Positions 13,482 to 24,398 of a stretch of 64,000 bases of DNA are shown here, piece after piece; the stretch's first letter is position 1; every line of letters starts with the position of its first letter. The DNA is taken from positions 124,001 to 188,000 of the forward strand of contig OZ251241.1 of the NCBI GenBank assembly GCA_965240325.2. Reading direction: 5' to 3'. The position numbers were made by a program, and so were the translations under genes. The notes under the pieces are model-generated. The model had not been told where the DNA came from. It made no database searches and worked only from the letters and a program-made list of their open reading frames with translations. The stretch comes from Rebecca billardiae RCC1528 (Eukaryota > Protista > Haptophyta).

Positions 13482-15144
13482 ATGGCCCGCGGTGCAGGGC
13501 GGAGCGCGCAGCGTGGACGGTGGAGCCCGCACCAGCGGGCCCGAACCACGTTTCAAAAAGATCTTTGATCAAGAAAAAAGGGACGGGGGACGATTTTCAT
13601 GGCTGGAGGAGACCGAGTTTCGAATTTTGAGACCCTCTCTAACACGCATCACGGCGGCCGAAAAAGGTCGCGCCCACGGCAAGTTCATAGTAAAGCGTGG
13701 AGTGACGCCCGTCCAAAAAACTTCACGCCCTTTAGGATCCCTAACGTAACGAACCGTTACAAGCGATTTTTCCGGCCAATGAGATTGCAGCAAGGTCCCG
13801 GGAGCGATGACGTATCTAGATAGAGATTGCCGCGAACCGATGTGACCATGTACGTCCCTTGAATCAGTTGAATCGACTATTCAATCGCGCCGTGTCTGTA
13901 TCAGGAGCCGACGAGGCAAGGGTCAGTAGCCGATGGGCCAACCTCGGCGAATCTCAATACTATCTGACACCGGAAGCGGTCGCTCGGGAGCCGGGGCGCG
14001 CGGGCCCGCGTTTTGTACGCCACGGCTGCGGCGAGTCGCGAGAGGAGGGGCGAGCTGACGAGCGACCGACGGGTGAGGACGGCGATGGGCAGGTGCGCGC
14101 GGCGAGTTGCGCCTGGAGCGCGCGGCTGCGGCGGGTCCCGACTGCCGTCGACATCGCGTTCGTGCCCCCGCTCACTCCGCGCGCCCCCGCCGCCCCCGGT
14201 GTCGATGCCTGCGCGCGGCCGCGCGCCGGTCGGCGCCTACGCGCCCCGGCCGCGCCCGCGGCAGCCGCCCTGTATTCGGGCTCTCGCAAGCTCGGGGGCA
14301 GCGGCGCCTGATGCCGGACTGATCGATCTCTGAGTCTTCGACTTCACCACGCGCCGCCCTTGCCATGCCTTTCCGGGGAGCGCCGACGATCCGAGCCCCA
14401 TCGTCGACGGTCGACTCTGAGCGAGGGCTACGCCTCGGAACTGAACGGTACTCTACGAGGAGGACGAGCTGCGCGGGCGACGGTGGTGCGTGACGTCCCC
14501 AGAGCTGGCTGTGCCTCTGCAACGCGTGCCGAGCCTGATCGAGGTGTGTCAGCCCGTGCACGCGCGGCGTGCGCGAACGATCCGTGACTGGTGCCCAGTC
14601 GCACCTCCGACCTCGGCACCGTGCTCCCTCGGGCTGTCAGCTCCGCGTGGCCTGGCGTGCACGTCGAGTTGCGCTCATGCGTCGATCACGCCTCGCGCCC
14701 GCCTGTCGGCCGTCGCGCAGGCGCTCGGGTCGAACCCTACTCGGACCAGTGCAAATCATCTAACTATCCTGGCGCTGCCGGTGCGCGGTGACCCGGGACA
14801 GCGGTCACAGTCAGCAGCACGGCGGCCCGAACGAATCCGCGGCCCCGCACCGTGCTCCCTGGCTGTCAGCTTCGCGTGGCCTGGCGTGCACGTGGAGTCG
14901 CGCTCATGCGTCGATCACGCCTCGTCGCATCCGCCTGTACACAATCGGCGCCGCGCCGGCGGCTGCGAAGTGCGCCGATGGGCCCGCGCCCCGGGCGCGG
15001 CGGGCGGCGGCGCGCCGCTGGAGTCTAGTTGTACGGGCATGCAACTCCGGGTCTGTCAATAGACGACTGCGATGGAGGGTGCACCGCCACCGCGGGCCCT
15101 GAACTACGTTCGTTCTACGGAAAAGGACCGCGGAACGCGGTCAT
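13482..15144 (+). mobile_element. Non-autonomous ~1.66-kb dispersed element, copy A
   Basis: Both ends and much of the interior match the reverse complement of 47664-49282; ends ATGGCCCGCGG...CCGCGGAACGCGGTCAT; no credible ORF. Confidence 0.85.
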
Positions 15145-15500
15145 TGGTAGTGCGTGTCGTTATTATTCATACTATCAGGGTTGACGTTTCGGGGTATTCC
15201 CTTCCAGTAGGCGGGAGTGCGCCCGGGTTCCGGCTGGCCGGACCGCACAGAGGAGGTGGGCTCGTCGCCCAAGGGCGAGAGCTCCCGCTCCCGCGCCCAT
15301 GTGGCCGTGGAGCTTGGAGGATCCACGAGCTGGTGTTGGGGCAGGGCTGCACTGCCGCCCGGCACCGCGGCGCCCGACGCGGCGCACCGGCGCGCCGGCG
15401 CGCGCACGCAGCCCCGGGCCTGAGTGGCACCGTACTGTGAGCCCAGGTGTGCCAGGCGTGGGCAGAGCGCGGCCCGGGCGTCACGCTACGCCATTCCTCG

Positions 15501-15541
15501 CGTCACGTCATGACGTCATGACGTGACGTCACGTCATGACG
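15501..15541. repeat. Two overlapping perfect 28-bp palindromes built from TGACGTCA/GTCATGAC
   Basis: 15501-15528 and 15514-15541 are each self-reverse-complementary. Confidence 0.85.
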
Positions 15542-15566
15542 CGTCACACATGCCCGACCCTGCCGT

Positions 15567-16673
15567 CTAAAACGAGGGCGGGGGAGGCGCAATGTCGCCA
15601 CCATGATGGGGTGTCTGGTACAACTTCATGACCGACGGCGCCGAGATGAAGAGCGAGGAGAGCTCGCCCTCATCGAGCACGCCGTCGCTGCCGACAAAGA
15701 CGTCGAAGAAACCGCGGTCAGGGGCGTACCCCCCATTGCCCACCGTGAAGGAGGAAAGCTCGTCAAAGGACACGGTGCCGTCACCGTCCGCGTCCACTGC
15801 CTCAAGCTGCGGTCCTGCACGCGGCGCACCGCCGTTCGATTGGCCTGGTGCGTAGCTGCCGCCACCACCGGGCGGCGGCTGCGGGGAGAAGAGCGCAGCA
15901 AGCTCGCCCGCGTCGAGCACGCCGTCATCGCCGGCAAAGGAGTCGAAGAAAGCTTGCGGAGGGGGCTGCCCCCCGGCGCCCTGCGAGAAGGCGGTGAGCT
16001 CGCCAAACGACACGGCACCGTCGCCGTTGGCGTCCATGGCCTCGAGTGGCGGTCCACTCGGCGCACCGCCGTTCGATTGGCCTGGTGCGTAGCCGCCGCC
16101 ACCACCGGGCGGCGGCTGAGGGGAGAAGAGTGCAGCAAGCTCGCCAGCGTCGAGCACGCCGTCATCGCCGGCAAAGGAGTCGAAGAAAGCTTGCGGAGGG
16201 GGCTGCCCCCCGGCGCCCTGCGAGAAGGCGGTGAGCTCGCCAAACGACACGGCACCGTCGCCGTTGGCGTCCATGGCCTCGAGTGGCGGTCCACTCGGCG
16301 CACCGCCGTTCGATTGGCCTGGTGCGTAGCCGCCGCCACCACCGGGCGGCGGCTGCGGGGAGAAGAGCGCAGCAAGCTCGCCCGCGTCGAGCACGCCGTC
16401 ATCGCCGGCAAAGGAGTCGAAGAAAGCTTGCGGAGGGGGCTGCCCCCCGGCGCCCTGCGAGAAGGCGGTGAGCTCGCCAAACGACACGGCACCGTCACCG
16501 TTCGCGTCCATGGCCTCGAGCGGCGGTCCACTCGACGCACCGCCGTACGCCTGGCCTTGGGGGTAGCTCGCGCTTCCGGCCGTGACGGTGATTGCGACGA
16601 CCGTGAGAGCTGCTAGCACAGCCGCCGTCGCGCAAGCTCCAAGCACGTGGGTCTTCGAGAACGCCGTCGTCAT
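15567..16673 (-). CDS. Secreted or N-anchored EF-hand tandem-repeat protein (368 aa, intronless)
   Basis: Hydrophobic N-terminus; three near-identical 79-aa (237-bp) repeats plus one diverged repeat. Each has a DANGDGAVSFGE loop and a degenerate FAGDDGVLDAGE loop, with Pro/Gly linkers. Confidence 0.88.
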   Translation of the reverse strand: MTTAFSKTHVLGACATAAVLAALTVVAITVTAGSASYPQGQAYGGASSGPPLEAMDANGDGAVSFGELTAFSQGAGGQPPPQAFFDSFAGDDGVLDAGELAALFSPQPPPGGGGGYAPGQSNGGAPSGPPLEAMDANGDGAVSFGELTAFSQGAGGQPPPQAFFDSFAGDDGVLDAGELAALFSPQPPPGGGGGYAPGQSNGGAPSGPPLEAMDANGDGAVSFGELTAFSQGAGGQPPPQAFFDSFAGDDGVLDAGELAALFSPQPPPGGGGSYAPGQSNGGAPRAGPQLEAVDADGDGTVSFDELSSFTVGNGGYAPDRGFFDVFVGSDGVLDEGELSSLFISAPSVMKLYQTPHHGGDIAPPPPSF

Positions 16674-16995
16674 GTCGGTGAGGCGGTGCGCGACGGGTCA
16701 CGGTGGTCGGTGGTGGGTCAGGCAATTAATTAGCTCGCGCGGGAGCAAGTGAGTGGCGCGTTGCCGCACCTCTTCGAATGGGGGTAGGCGGGGTCGTATC
16801 CATACTTCGAGATTCAAGGGGCGGGCGAAGATTCAAGATAGTCTTGCAGGAGTTGAACTACGTGCAAATGCTGGTACTTGAAGTGTTGAAATCGTTGTCA
16901 TGAGTGATGAGCCAAGGGCGATAGATGAGCGGAAACTTGGTCACTCCGCAGTCCGCACTCGTCCCTCCTCGTCGTCAGTCAGCCTCCCCGCCACC

Positions 16996-19235
16996 ATGCG
17001 GGTCGGCGCTTTGCGGCAGGCGCTCTTCCTCCTCGCGAGTGGCATGCTGCCGCTCACGATCGCCGAGCGCCCCGCGACGTCTCCAGGCTTTGCGGGGCAT
17101 CCCCGCCCGACAAGCCCCGCGGAGATGGCTGCACTGAATACATGGTCTTATTACAACTACTACAAGTACGCGCGGACGGCGCGGTGCGCCGAGCCGCGCC
17201 CTGCGCCCATGCGCAGCAGGCGCACGCCACGTGGCCCGCTCACGCCACGCGGGCCGGCTTCACTCACGAGCCCACCGGTGGTGCTACGCCCGCGGGTCCC
17301 CGCCTCGCATGCGCTGCGCATCAGCCGCGGCCGCGCACTTCAAGGCAAGTTCACGGGCAACGACGCCACGGACGCCACCGTGGGCGTTCCTGGGGTTGAT
17401 GTCGAAAACACGCTCACCGGGACAGCTGGCGACGACTTCTTCTACGGAGGCAACGGCGGATACTCGATTTCCGGTGGTGGCGATATTGGTGGCAAGGCTA
17501 CTAACAGATTCTATGTGCGTGAGACGCAGCCACTCCCTGCGGCGCTGTCTGTACCCCTGCGCGCGGTCGGAGACTGGCACGTGCGGCACGCCGGCACCCA
17601 TTTCCTCGCCCGCGCGCCGCGCGCACGTGCACACACGCGTGCTGCCGTGCATGCAGGGCGGTGCAGGTGACGACGTATTTTATGGAGGTGCCAGCGGACC
17701 TTCAGATAATGGTCTTTATACCACCGGAAGTAAGGCGTGGAACTTTTTCCATGGGCAGGATGGCGACGACATCTTTAAGGCGAGCCCATCAGAGCAGGGT
17801 GATGGCCGCACGGTCCACCGTTTTTATGGTGCGCGCGGGCGCGCGCGCCCGCTGCCTCCCATGCAGTCCGTGAGTGTCGAGCCAGGGGCAGCGCAGTGCA
17901 CGGCTGCTGCCGCTTCTTGCGCATCTGATGCAAGCAAGCGTGCACGCGCCTTCGCCTGCCATCCGCACACCCCGCCGCCCGCGCTCTGCATAGGTGGAAA
18001 TGGGAACGACATCCTAAGTCTACAGAACGCGGGGAGGTTCTCCTTCAACCAACTTAACGGTACGCGCACGGGCCACACGCCGCACGCGCTGGTGGTGAGG
18101 AAGTGGATGCTGCAGTGAGTGATGGATGCGCCGCGCGCGTGCATAATAAGCGCTGCGCGCTGCTATGATGGTTCTGAGCTCCGATGCGCGCGCCCGCGAT
18201 TGCGCCTGCCCGACCCCGCGTGCAGGGGGCGCTGGCTACGACAAGTTCTACGCAACGGGAGAGGGGCAAGCCACAGCCAATTACTACACCACGGTCCAGG
18301 CGGTCGATGGTGAGTACGACAAGATCTACGCGGCCGATGGTTTGTACGACAGGATCTACGTCGACTTTGGTGACTACGTCAGCGCGGACGGTTCCGATTA
18401 TGTCCGTCGCAATCCGGCTCCACCGCCATCGCCACCGCCGCCGGATGCGCCATCGCCACCACCATCGCCGCCGCCATCGCCTTTGCCACCGCTGCCGCCA
18501 TCGCCACCACCATCGCCGCCGCCATCGCCACCACCACCGCCGCCGCCATCGCCACCACCATCGCCGCCGCCATCGCCACCAGCGCCGCCGCCATCGCCAC
18601 CGCCGCCGCCGCCACCGCCACCGATGCCGCCATCGCCACAGCCGGCAGCTGCTTGCGGCCCCGTGTGCTTCTTCATGGTGTGCGCGCGTGCGCCACGCCC
18701 AGCCGTGTCGGCGCGCCCATGTGCTTCGGTGGCGCGGGATACCCAGGGTCGTGCCTGCGCCCTTCAAACACGTGCTCGTGCGTGCGCCCGCCCAACGGGC
18801 AGGGCCGACTGCGCCACTGCAGGCCGCCTGCAGCCACTCCGCGCGTGCGCGCTCAGCCGCCGCCCACCCCACCGCGACGTCTATCGGCCGCGCTGCCCAC
18901 GCTGCCGACTCTGTGCGCAGCTGGCAGCCACTCTACCCTCTGTCACCAAGCGGGTGCTTTGCCTCCTCCTGAACGACTGCCCGGCCAGCGTGCACGCATC
19001 CAAGCCCTCTTCTCGCTTCCTCGCGCTGGCGTCAGATGACGAGGCCGCCCTGGGTACGGCGGCACTGCTCGTCGCCGGCGCACTGGGCGCTGCGCTCGTC
19101 CTCGCGCTCGTCCTGGTCGCTGCTCGCCATCGCCGCCTGGCTGCTACCGCGCTGGCCATTTCCAAGACCAAGGGCGCGCCTGTTCACGATGGCATGGCCA
19201 CGGTTGCCGAGGAGTCTCGCCAGCCTGTTGTGTGA
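16996..19235 (+). CDS. Type I membrane protein with RTX-like GGxGxD repeats and Ser-Pro-rich stalk (exons 16996-17165, 17325-17514, 17657-17828, 17994-18059, 18226-18677, 18921-19235)
   Basis: Signal peptide; repeats GTAGDDFFY, GGAGDDVFY, GQDGDDIFK, GGNGNDILS, GGAGYDKFY; (SPPP)n stalk; C-terminal TM helix followed by RHRR; all five GT-AG introns are phase-consistent. Confidence 0.82.
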
Positions 19236-19949
19236 ATTCGAAGCCGGCCTGTGTCATCATCATTTCAAGCCGCGAGCGGCCTCTCGGAACTCTGGTGAGC
19301 CGGCCCTCGGGATGTCCATCGGCTCCGGCGCCGCCGCCGCCGCTCACACTCACACTGGCGGCCGCCCGCCGCCCCCCGGGGCGCCGCCGGCGCACCGTCA
19401 CAGCGTCGAGTCGGTCGAGTGCTACCACACGGGCAGCAGGCCGCCGCGGGATCAGGCGCGGCCTGCTGCGGGCGTAATTGGCCTACTCGCGCCGCACTAC
19501 CCTGGCCTAACCGGCCGCGCGCGTGACGTACGACTATGATACAGCGCGGCGGCGCCTTCAGGTTGAGCTGATCGGCCATGGCGGCCACTCTTGGAGCGCT
19601 TCGTCAGGTTTAGATAGCGCTTTACCCGCCCAGTTGAAGATTGGTTTAAGTATGCTAGTGGCATATACCAATTGGTCAATATGATATCCGATAGGCGTTC
19701 CGCATCAAGTCACTTCGGCCTTCGGGTCGTCGGTTATTATTGGTGGTTTAGCATGAACGGCATATGCAAGGTGGTTCAGACCCATGATACATTTCAGCGG
19801 GCAGGACAATATGACTCACTCTGAAATGAGCTGCATAGTAGCTGTTCGCTCGCAAGGCCCGCGTAACCACGACAGGGGCCGCCCGGCATCATTGTCCTTG
19901 GGAAGCGTAGGGCTGTTCCCGAGCCGTCACCGCCGGCCGAGCCGCAGCG

Positions 19950-21631
19950 ATGCCGCGACGTGCGCGCGCGGGCTCGCGCGCGTCGTGGGCGCGCCTGCTG
20001 CCATGCGTCCGCGCCGCCGAGCCGCTCCTCACCCGCCGCGGCCCGCCCCGACCCCGGCGGCCCCGCGCTGGCGCTGCGCTCCCGCTGGCTGCGCGCCGCG
20101 CGCAGCGGCTCTCTCGTCGGCTGCGGGGTCGTATGACAAGCTGCCGCCCAACCCGCTGCTCATGACGTACATCGCGTCCGACGCCGCCCGGCGAGCCTTC
20201 GTCGACGGCATGGCCGAGGTGCAGGTCAAGCGCGGCGAGATCATCATGCGGCAGGGTGCGCGCGGCGCGCGCGCGGCGCTCGCGCGCCGCTGCCGCTCGC
20301 GCGCCGAGCCCGCGCGCCGAGCCCGCCCGGCCCGCCCGGTGCGCGCGCAGGGGACAAGGGCAACAACTACTACCTCATCAAGGAGGGCCAGTGCGAGGTG
20401 GTCACCGAGCAGAAGGACGGCACCGTCAACTGCGTGCGCCGGCTGTCCGCGGGCGCGGGCTGCGGCGAGCTCTCCATCATCAACAACGTGCCGCGCTCGG
20501 CGACGGTGACGGTACGCGCGGCGCGCGCGCGGGCGGCGCGCGCGGCTGCCGTCCGCACGCGCCCACCCGCGCCCGCGCCCGCGCCCGCGCGCCGCGCAGG
20601 CCGTGAGCGCCACCGTCACGCTGCTGATCGTGAACAAGCGCGCGTTCATGGACATGGTCGGCACCGCGTGCGCCGCCAAGCGCACCAAGTACGCGGCCTT
20701 CCTGGGCAGGGTGGCGGTGCTGAGTGCGCGCGGCGCGGCGCGCGGCGCGGGCCGGCGCGCCCGACGCGCGCGCGCGGCGCGGCGCCCGCGCGCGCCGACG
20801 CGCGCCGACGCGCCGCGCCGCCGCCGCGCGCGCCCGCCGCGCGCCGCGCTGCGCCGCGCCGCCGCCGGCTGCGCCGCGCCGCCGCCGGCTGTGCCGCGCT
20901 GCTCGCAGACGGCTGCACCGAGTACGACCGGCTGCTGATCGCGGACGTGCTGACGAGCTCGACCTTCTCGGACAACGAGGTGGTGCTGCGGCGCGACACG
21001 GCGAACGACCGCTTCTGGTGCGCGCGCCGCGCCGGGCGGCGCGCGGGCGCGCCGCTTGGCGGGCAGGCCGCGCGCCGCTCGGCGCGCGCTCGCCTCGCGC
21101 CAGGCGCGCGCGCGCGCGCCGCTGAGCCCCGCCTCGCGCGCCTCGCGCCGGCGCGCGCGCGGCAGGATGGTGTTCGAGGGCGAGGTGGTGACCAAGGGGG
21201 CCGACGGGAAGGCGCGCTCGTACAAGGTGGGCGACCACTTTGGCGAGTACGAGCTCTTCAAGTGCGCGCAAGCGCGCGCGCGCGCGGTGGCAGCGCGCGC
21301 GCGCGGGGGCAGCGCGCGCGGCTGCGGCCGGGCGCTCTAGCAGGGAGGGCGCTGCGCGCGCGCGCCCCGCCGTCACGCCCGCCTCGGCCGGCCGTCCGCT
21401 GAGCCGCGCGCCGCGCCCGCCCGCCCGCCGCTTCGCCGCGTGCGCCGCCGCCGCTCTCCGCGCGCGCCCTCGCCCCGCTGCACGCGCGCAGGAACCAGCG
21501 CACCAGCTCGACGCTGAGCGCCAAGGGCGGCACCACGTGCGTGAGCATCGGCCGCGAGCACTTCATGGCGCACGTGCCGCTGACCGGCTTCGTGACGGAC
21601 GGGCAGACGCAGGCGGAGGCGCTCAAGATGG

Positions 21632-21670
<39 letters not shown>

Positions 21671-24007
21671 AGCTGCGCAACCGCCGCCTCGCCGAGTCCG
21701 CCGAGCCCACGACCGGCGCGGTCGGCAGCGCGGGCGCGGACGCGCCCGTGCAGAGCGTGCCCAAGCCCGCGCCCACGCACGCGCGCATCCTCAAGGTGGT
21801 GCAGAACCACATGCTCTTCACGCGGCTGGACGCGGAGCAGATCGACAACCTGATCGGCGTGATGGTTGAGCACAAGGTCGCGGGCGGCACCGTCGTCATC
21901 CGCGAGGGCGAGAAGGGCAACCACTTCTACATCGTCGACTCGGGCGAGTGCGACGCCTTCTCGTCCGCGGTCGCGGCCAACAACGGCCTCGTCAAGTCCT
22001 TCCGGCCGGGCGACTCGTTCGGCGAGCTGGCGCTGATGTACAACTGCCCGCGCACGGCGACGGTGTCGGCGCGCGTCGACTGCACGCTCTGGTCGCTCGA
22101 CCGCGCGTCCTTCCGCCGCATCCTGCTCGAGGAGAACGCGCGCAAGGCGTCGCTGTACGAGGAGTTCCTCGAGGCGGTGCCGCTGCTGCGGCCGCTCTCC
22201 AAGACGCAGCGCAACCGGATGGTGGACGCGCTCGAGCCGATGACGTACGAGCCGGGCGCGGAGATCATCGCGGAGGGTCAGGACGGCACGCACTTCTACG
22301 TGATCGAGCAGGGCGAGGTGCAGGTCTCGAACAAGGCCAACGGCCACCTCGCCTCGCGCGGGCGCGGCGACTACTTCGGCGAGGTGAGCCTGCGCACGGG
22401 CGACCCGACGATGGCGACCGTCACCGCCGGCACGCGCACAAAGGTGGTGCGCATGGAGCGCGCGGCGTTCCAGCGGCTGCTCGGCCCGCTCGACTCGGTG
22501 ATCAAGATGCGCTCATACTCGCGCTCCGGCCGAGAGATCGAGGAGGACCTCGCCAAGGCCAAGCTGCTCGCCGACGGCGACGGCGACGCGGCGAGCGCGG
22601 CGGGCGGCGCCGCGGCCGACGCCGCCGCGGCCGCCAAGCGCAGCTCGGCCAAGCGGCTGCAGGGCGTGCGGCTGGGCGACATCAAGGTGTCCAAGAAGAT
22701 CCTGGGCGAGGGCGCGTTTGGCAAGGTGCGGCGCGTGCTGCACGTGGCCTCCGGCGAGCTGTACGCGCTCAAGGAGATGTCCAAGGCGGACATCATCTCG
22801 TCGGGGCAGGTGGAGCACATCGTGCAGGAGTCGGAGGTGCTCGAGCTCGTGCACCACCCGTGCATCGCGAACAAGATGGCCGCGTTCCAGACGCCCTCGC
22901 ACCTGTACATGGCGAGCGCAGCCGCGCGGCGCGGCGCGCGCTGGGGGCCGGCGCGCGGGCGGGGCCGCGCGCCGCCGCGCCGCGCGCCGCTCGGTGGCGC
23001 GCGCTCACGCGCCCGCCGCCGCCGCGCGCTCGCCGCGCCGCCGCGCCGCGCCGCGCCAGATCATGGAGTTCGCGCCGGGCGGGGACCTGTACGACAGGCT
23101 GCACAAGGCGGGCCAGTTCGCGTTCGACGACGCGCGGATCTACGCGGCGCAGGTGCTGCTCGCGCTCGAGCACCTGCACGAGCAGTCGATCGTGCACCGC
23201 GACCTCAAGCTTGAGAACATTCTCGTCGCGGCCGACGGCGCGCTCAAGCTCACAGACTTCGGCTTCGCCAAGAAGGTGCTGTACCGCACGTGGACGCTGT
23301 GCGGCACGCCCGAGTACCTCGCGCCCGAGATCGTGCTCGAGAAGGGGCACAACAAGGCGGCGGACTACTGGGCGCTCGGCGTGCTGCTCTTCGAGTTCCT
23401 CAACGGGTGCGCGCAGCGCACGCGCACGGCACGCGCACGGCACGCGCGCGCACGCGCGGCCGGCGGCGCGGCCGGCGGCGCGGCCGACGCGCGCGCGCGC
23501 CGCCCCGCCTTCCGCCGGTGCGCAGCCACTCGCCCTTCGAGGCGGAGGACCCGATGAACACGTACAAGCGCATCCTGTCGGGCAAGGTGAACTACCCCAA
23601 GCGCATGGACGCCAACGCGGTACGCGCGCGGCGTGGCGCGGCGCGGCGCGGGCGGCACGCGTGCGTGCGCGCCCACTCGTCCGGCCGGCTGACGCCGATG
23701 GGGCGTGGGGGCGTGGGGGCGCGCGGCGGCACGCGCGGCGCAGGTCTCCCTGTGCAGCAACCTGCTGCAGCGCGACATCACGCGGCGGTACGGCAACCTG
23801 AAGGACGGCACAAAAGACATCAAGGAGCATGTCTTCTATGCGGGCTTCGACTGGGGCAGCGCGGTCAACATGCGCGGCTCGATCCGGCCACCGGCTGTGA
23901 CCTCCGCCTCCTTCTCCGACTGGGTGCCCGCGGCGCAGGTGTGCCTGGCCGGCCAAAAGGTGAAGCCCGACGACGACAAGGGCTTCGCCCGGTTCGGCGG
24001 CACCTAG
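19950..24007 (+). CDS. Cyclic-nucleotide-dependent protein kinase (four cNMP-binding domains plus AGC kinase; PKG-like architecture), multi-exon
   Basis: CNB cassettes CGELSIINNVPRSATV, FGEYELFK, FGELALMYNCPRTATV, FGEVSLRTGDPTMATV; kinase motifs LGEGAFGKV, YALKEM, HRDLKLEN, DFGFAK, TLCGTPEYLAPE; start inferred from a phase-consistent 10-nt first exon. Confidence 0.92.
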
Positions 24008-24324
24008 CTCGCGCGCCAGCCGTGCCTGCGAGTGGGACACCGTTGGTGGGCTGGTTGCCCGGCGTGCGGGCCAACGCGCTCCTGCTGGCTGAGTGCGCTG
24101 ACAGCGCAAGTGGCATATGCAGCTGGCGGCCGCGATACTGATTTCGGCGCCGGCGATTGCGACGGGCCGTGCTGGCCGGTCGTCAGTCTGGTCGATCGGT
24201 GACCGCGCCGCGTATTCATGCAGGCGCATAATCTGTCGTCATCAGAATCAGCGCACGCAGCACTACGTCGGCCGTGGCCCGTGCGCGAGCGCTGCCGAGT
24301 AATGACCACGTGCTGATGATTAAA

Positions 24325-24398
24325 TAATATATATATATATATCGTCCGAGTTATAATATATATTAAATATATATATATATAATATATATTATATATAG
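24325..24398. repeat. TA-rich microsatellite
   Basis: Imperfect (TA)n tract. Confidence 0.9.
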
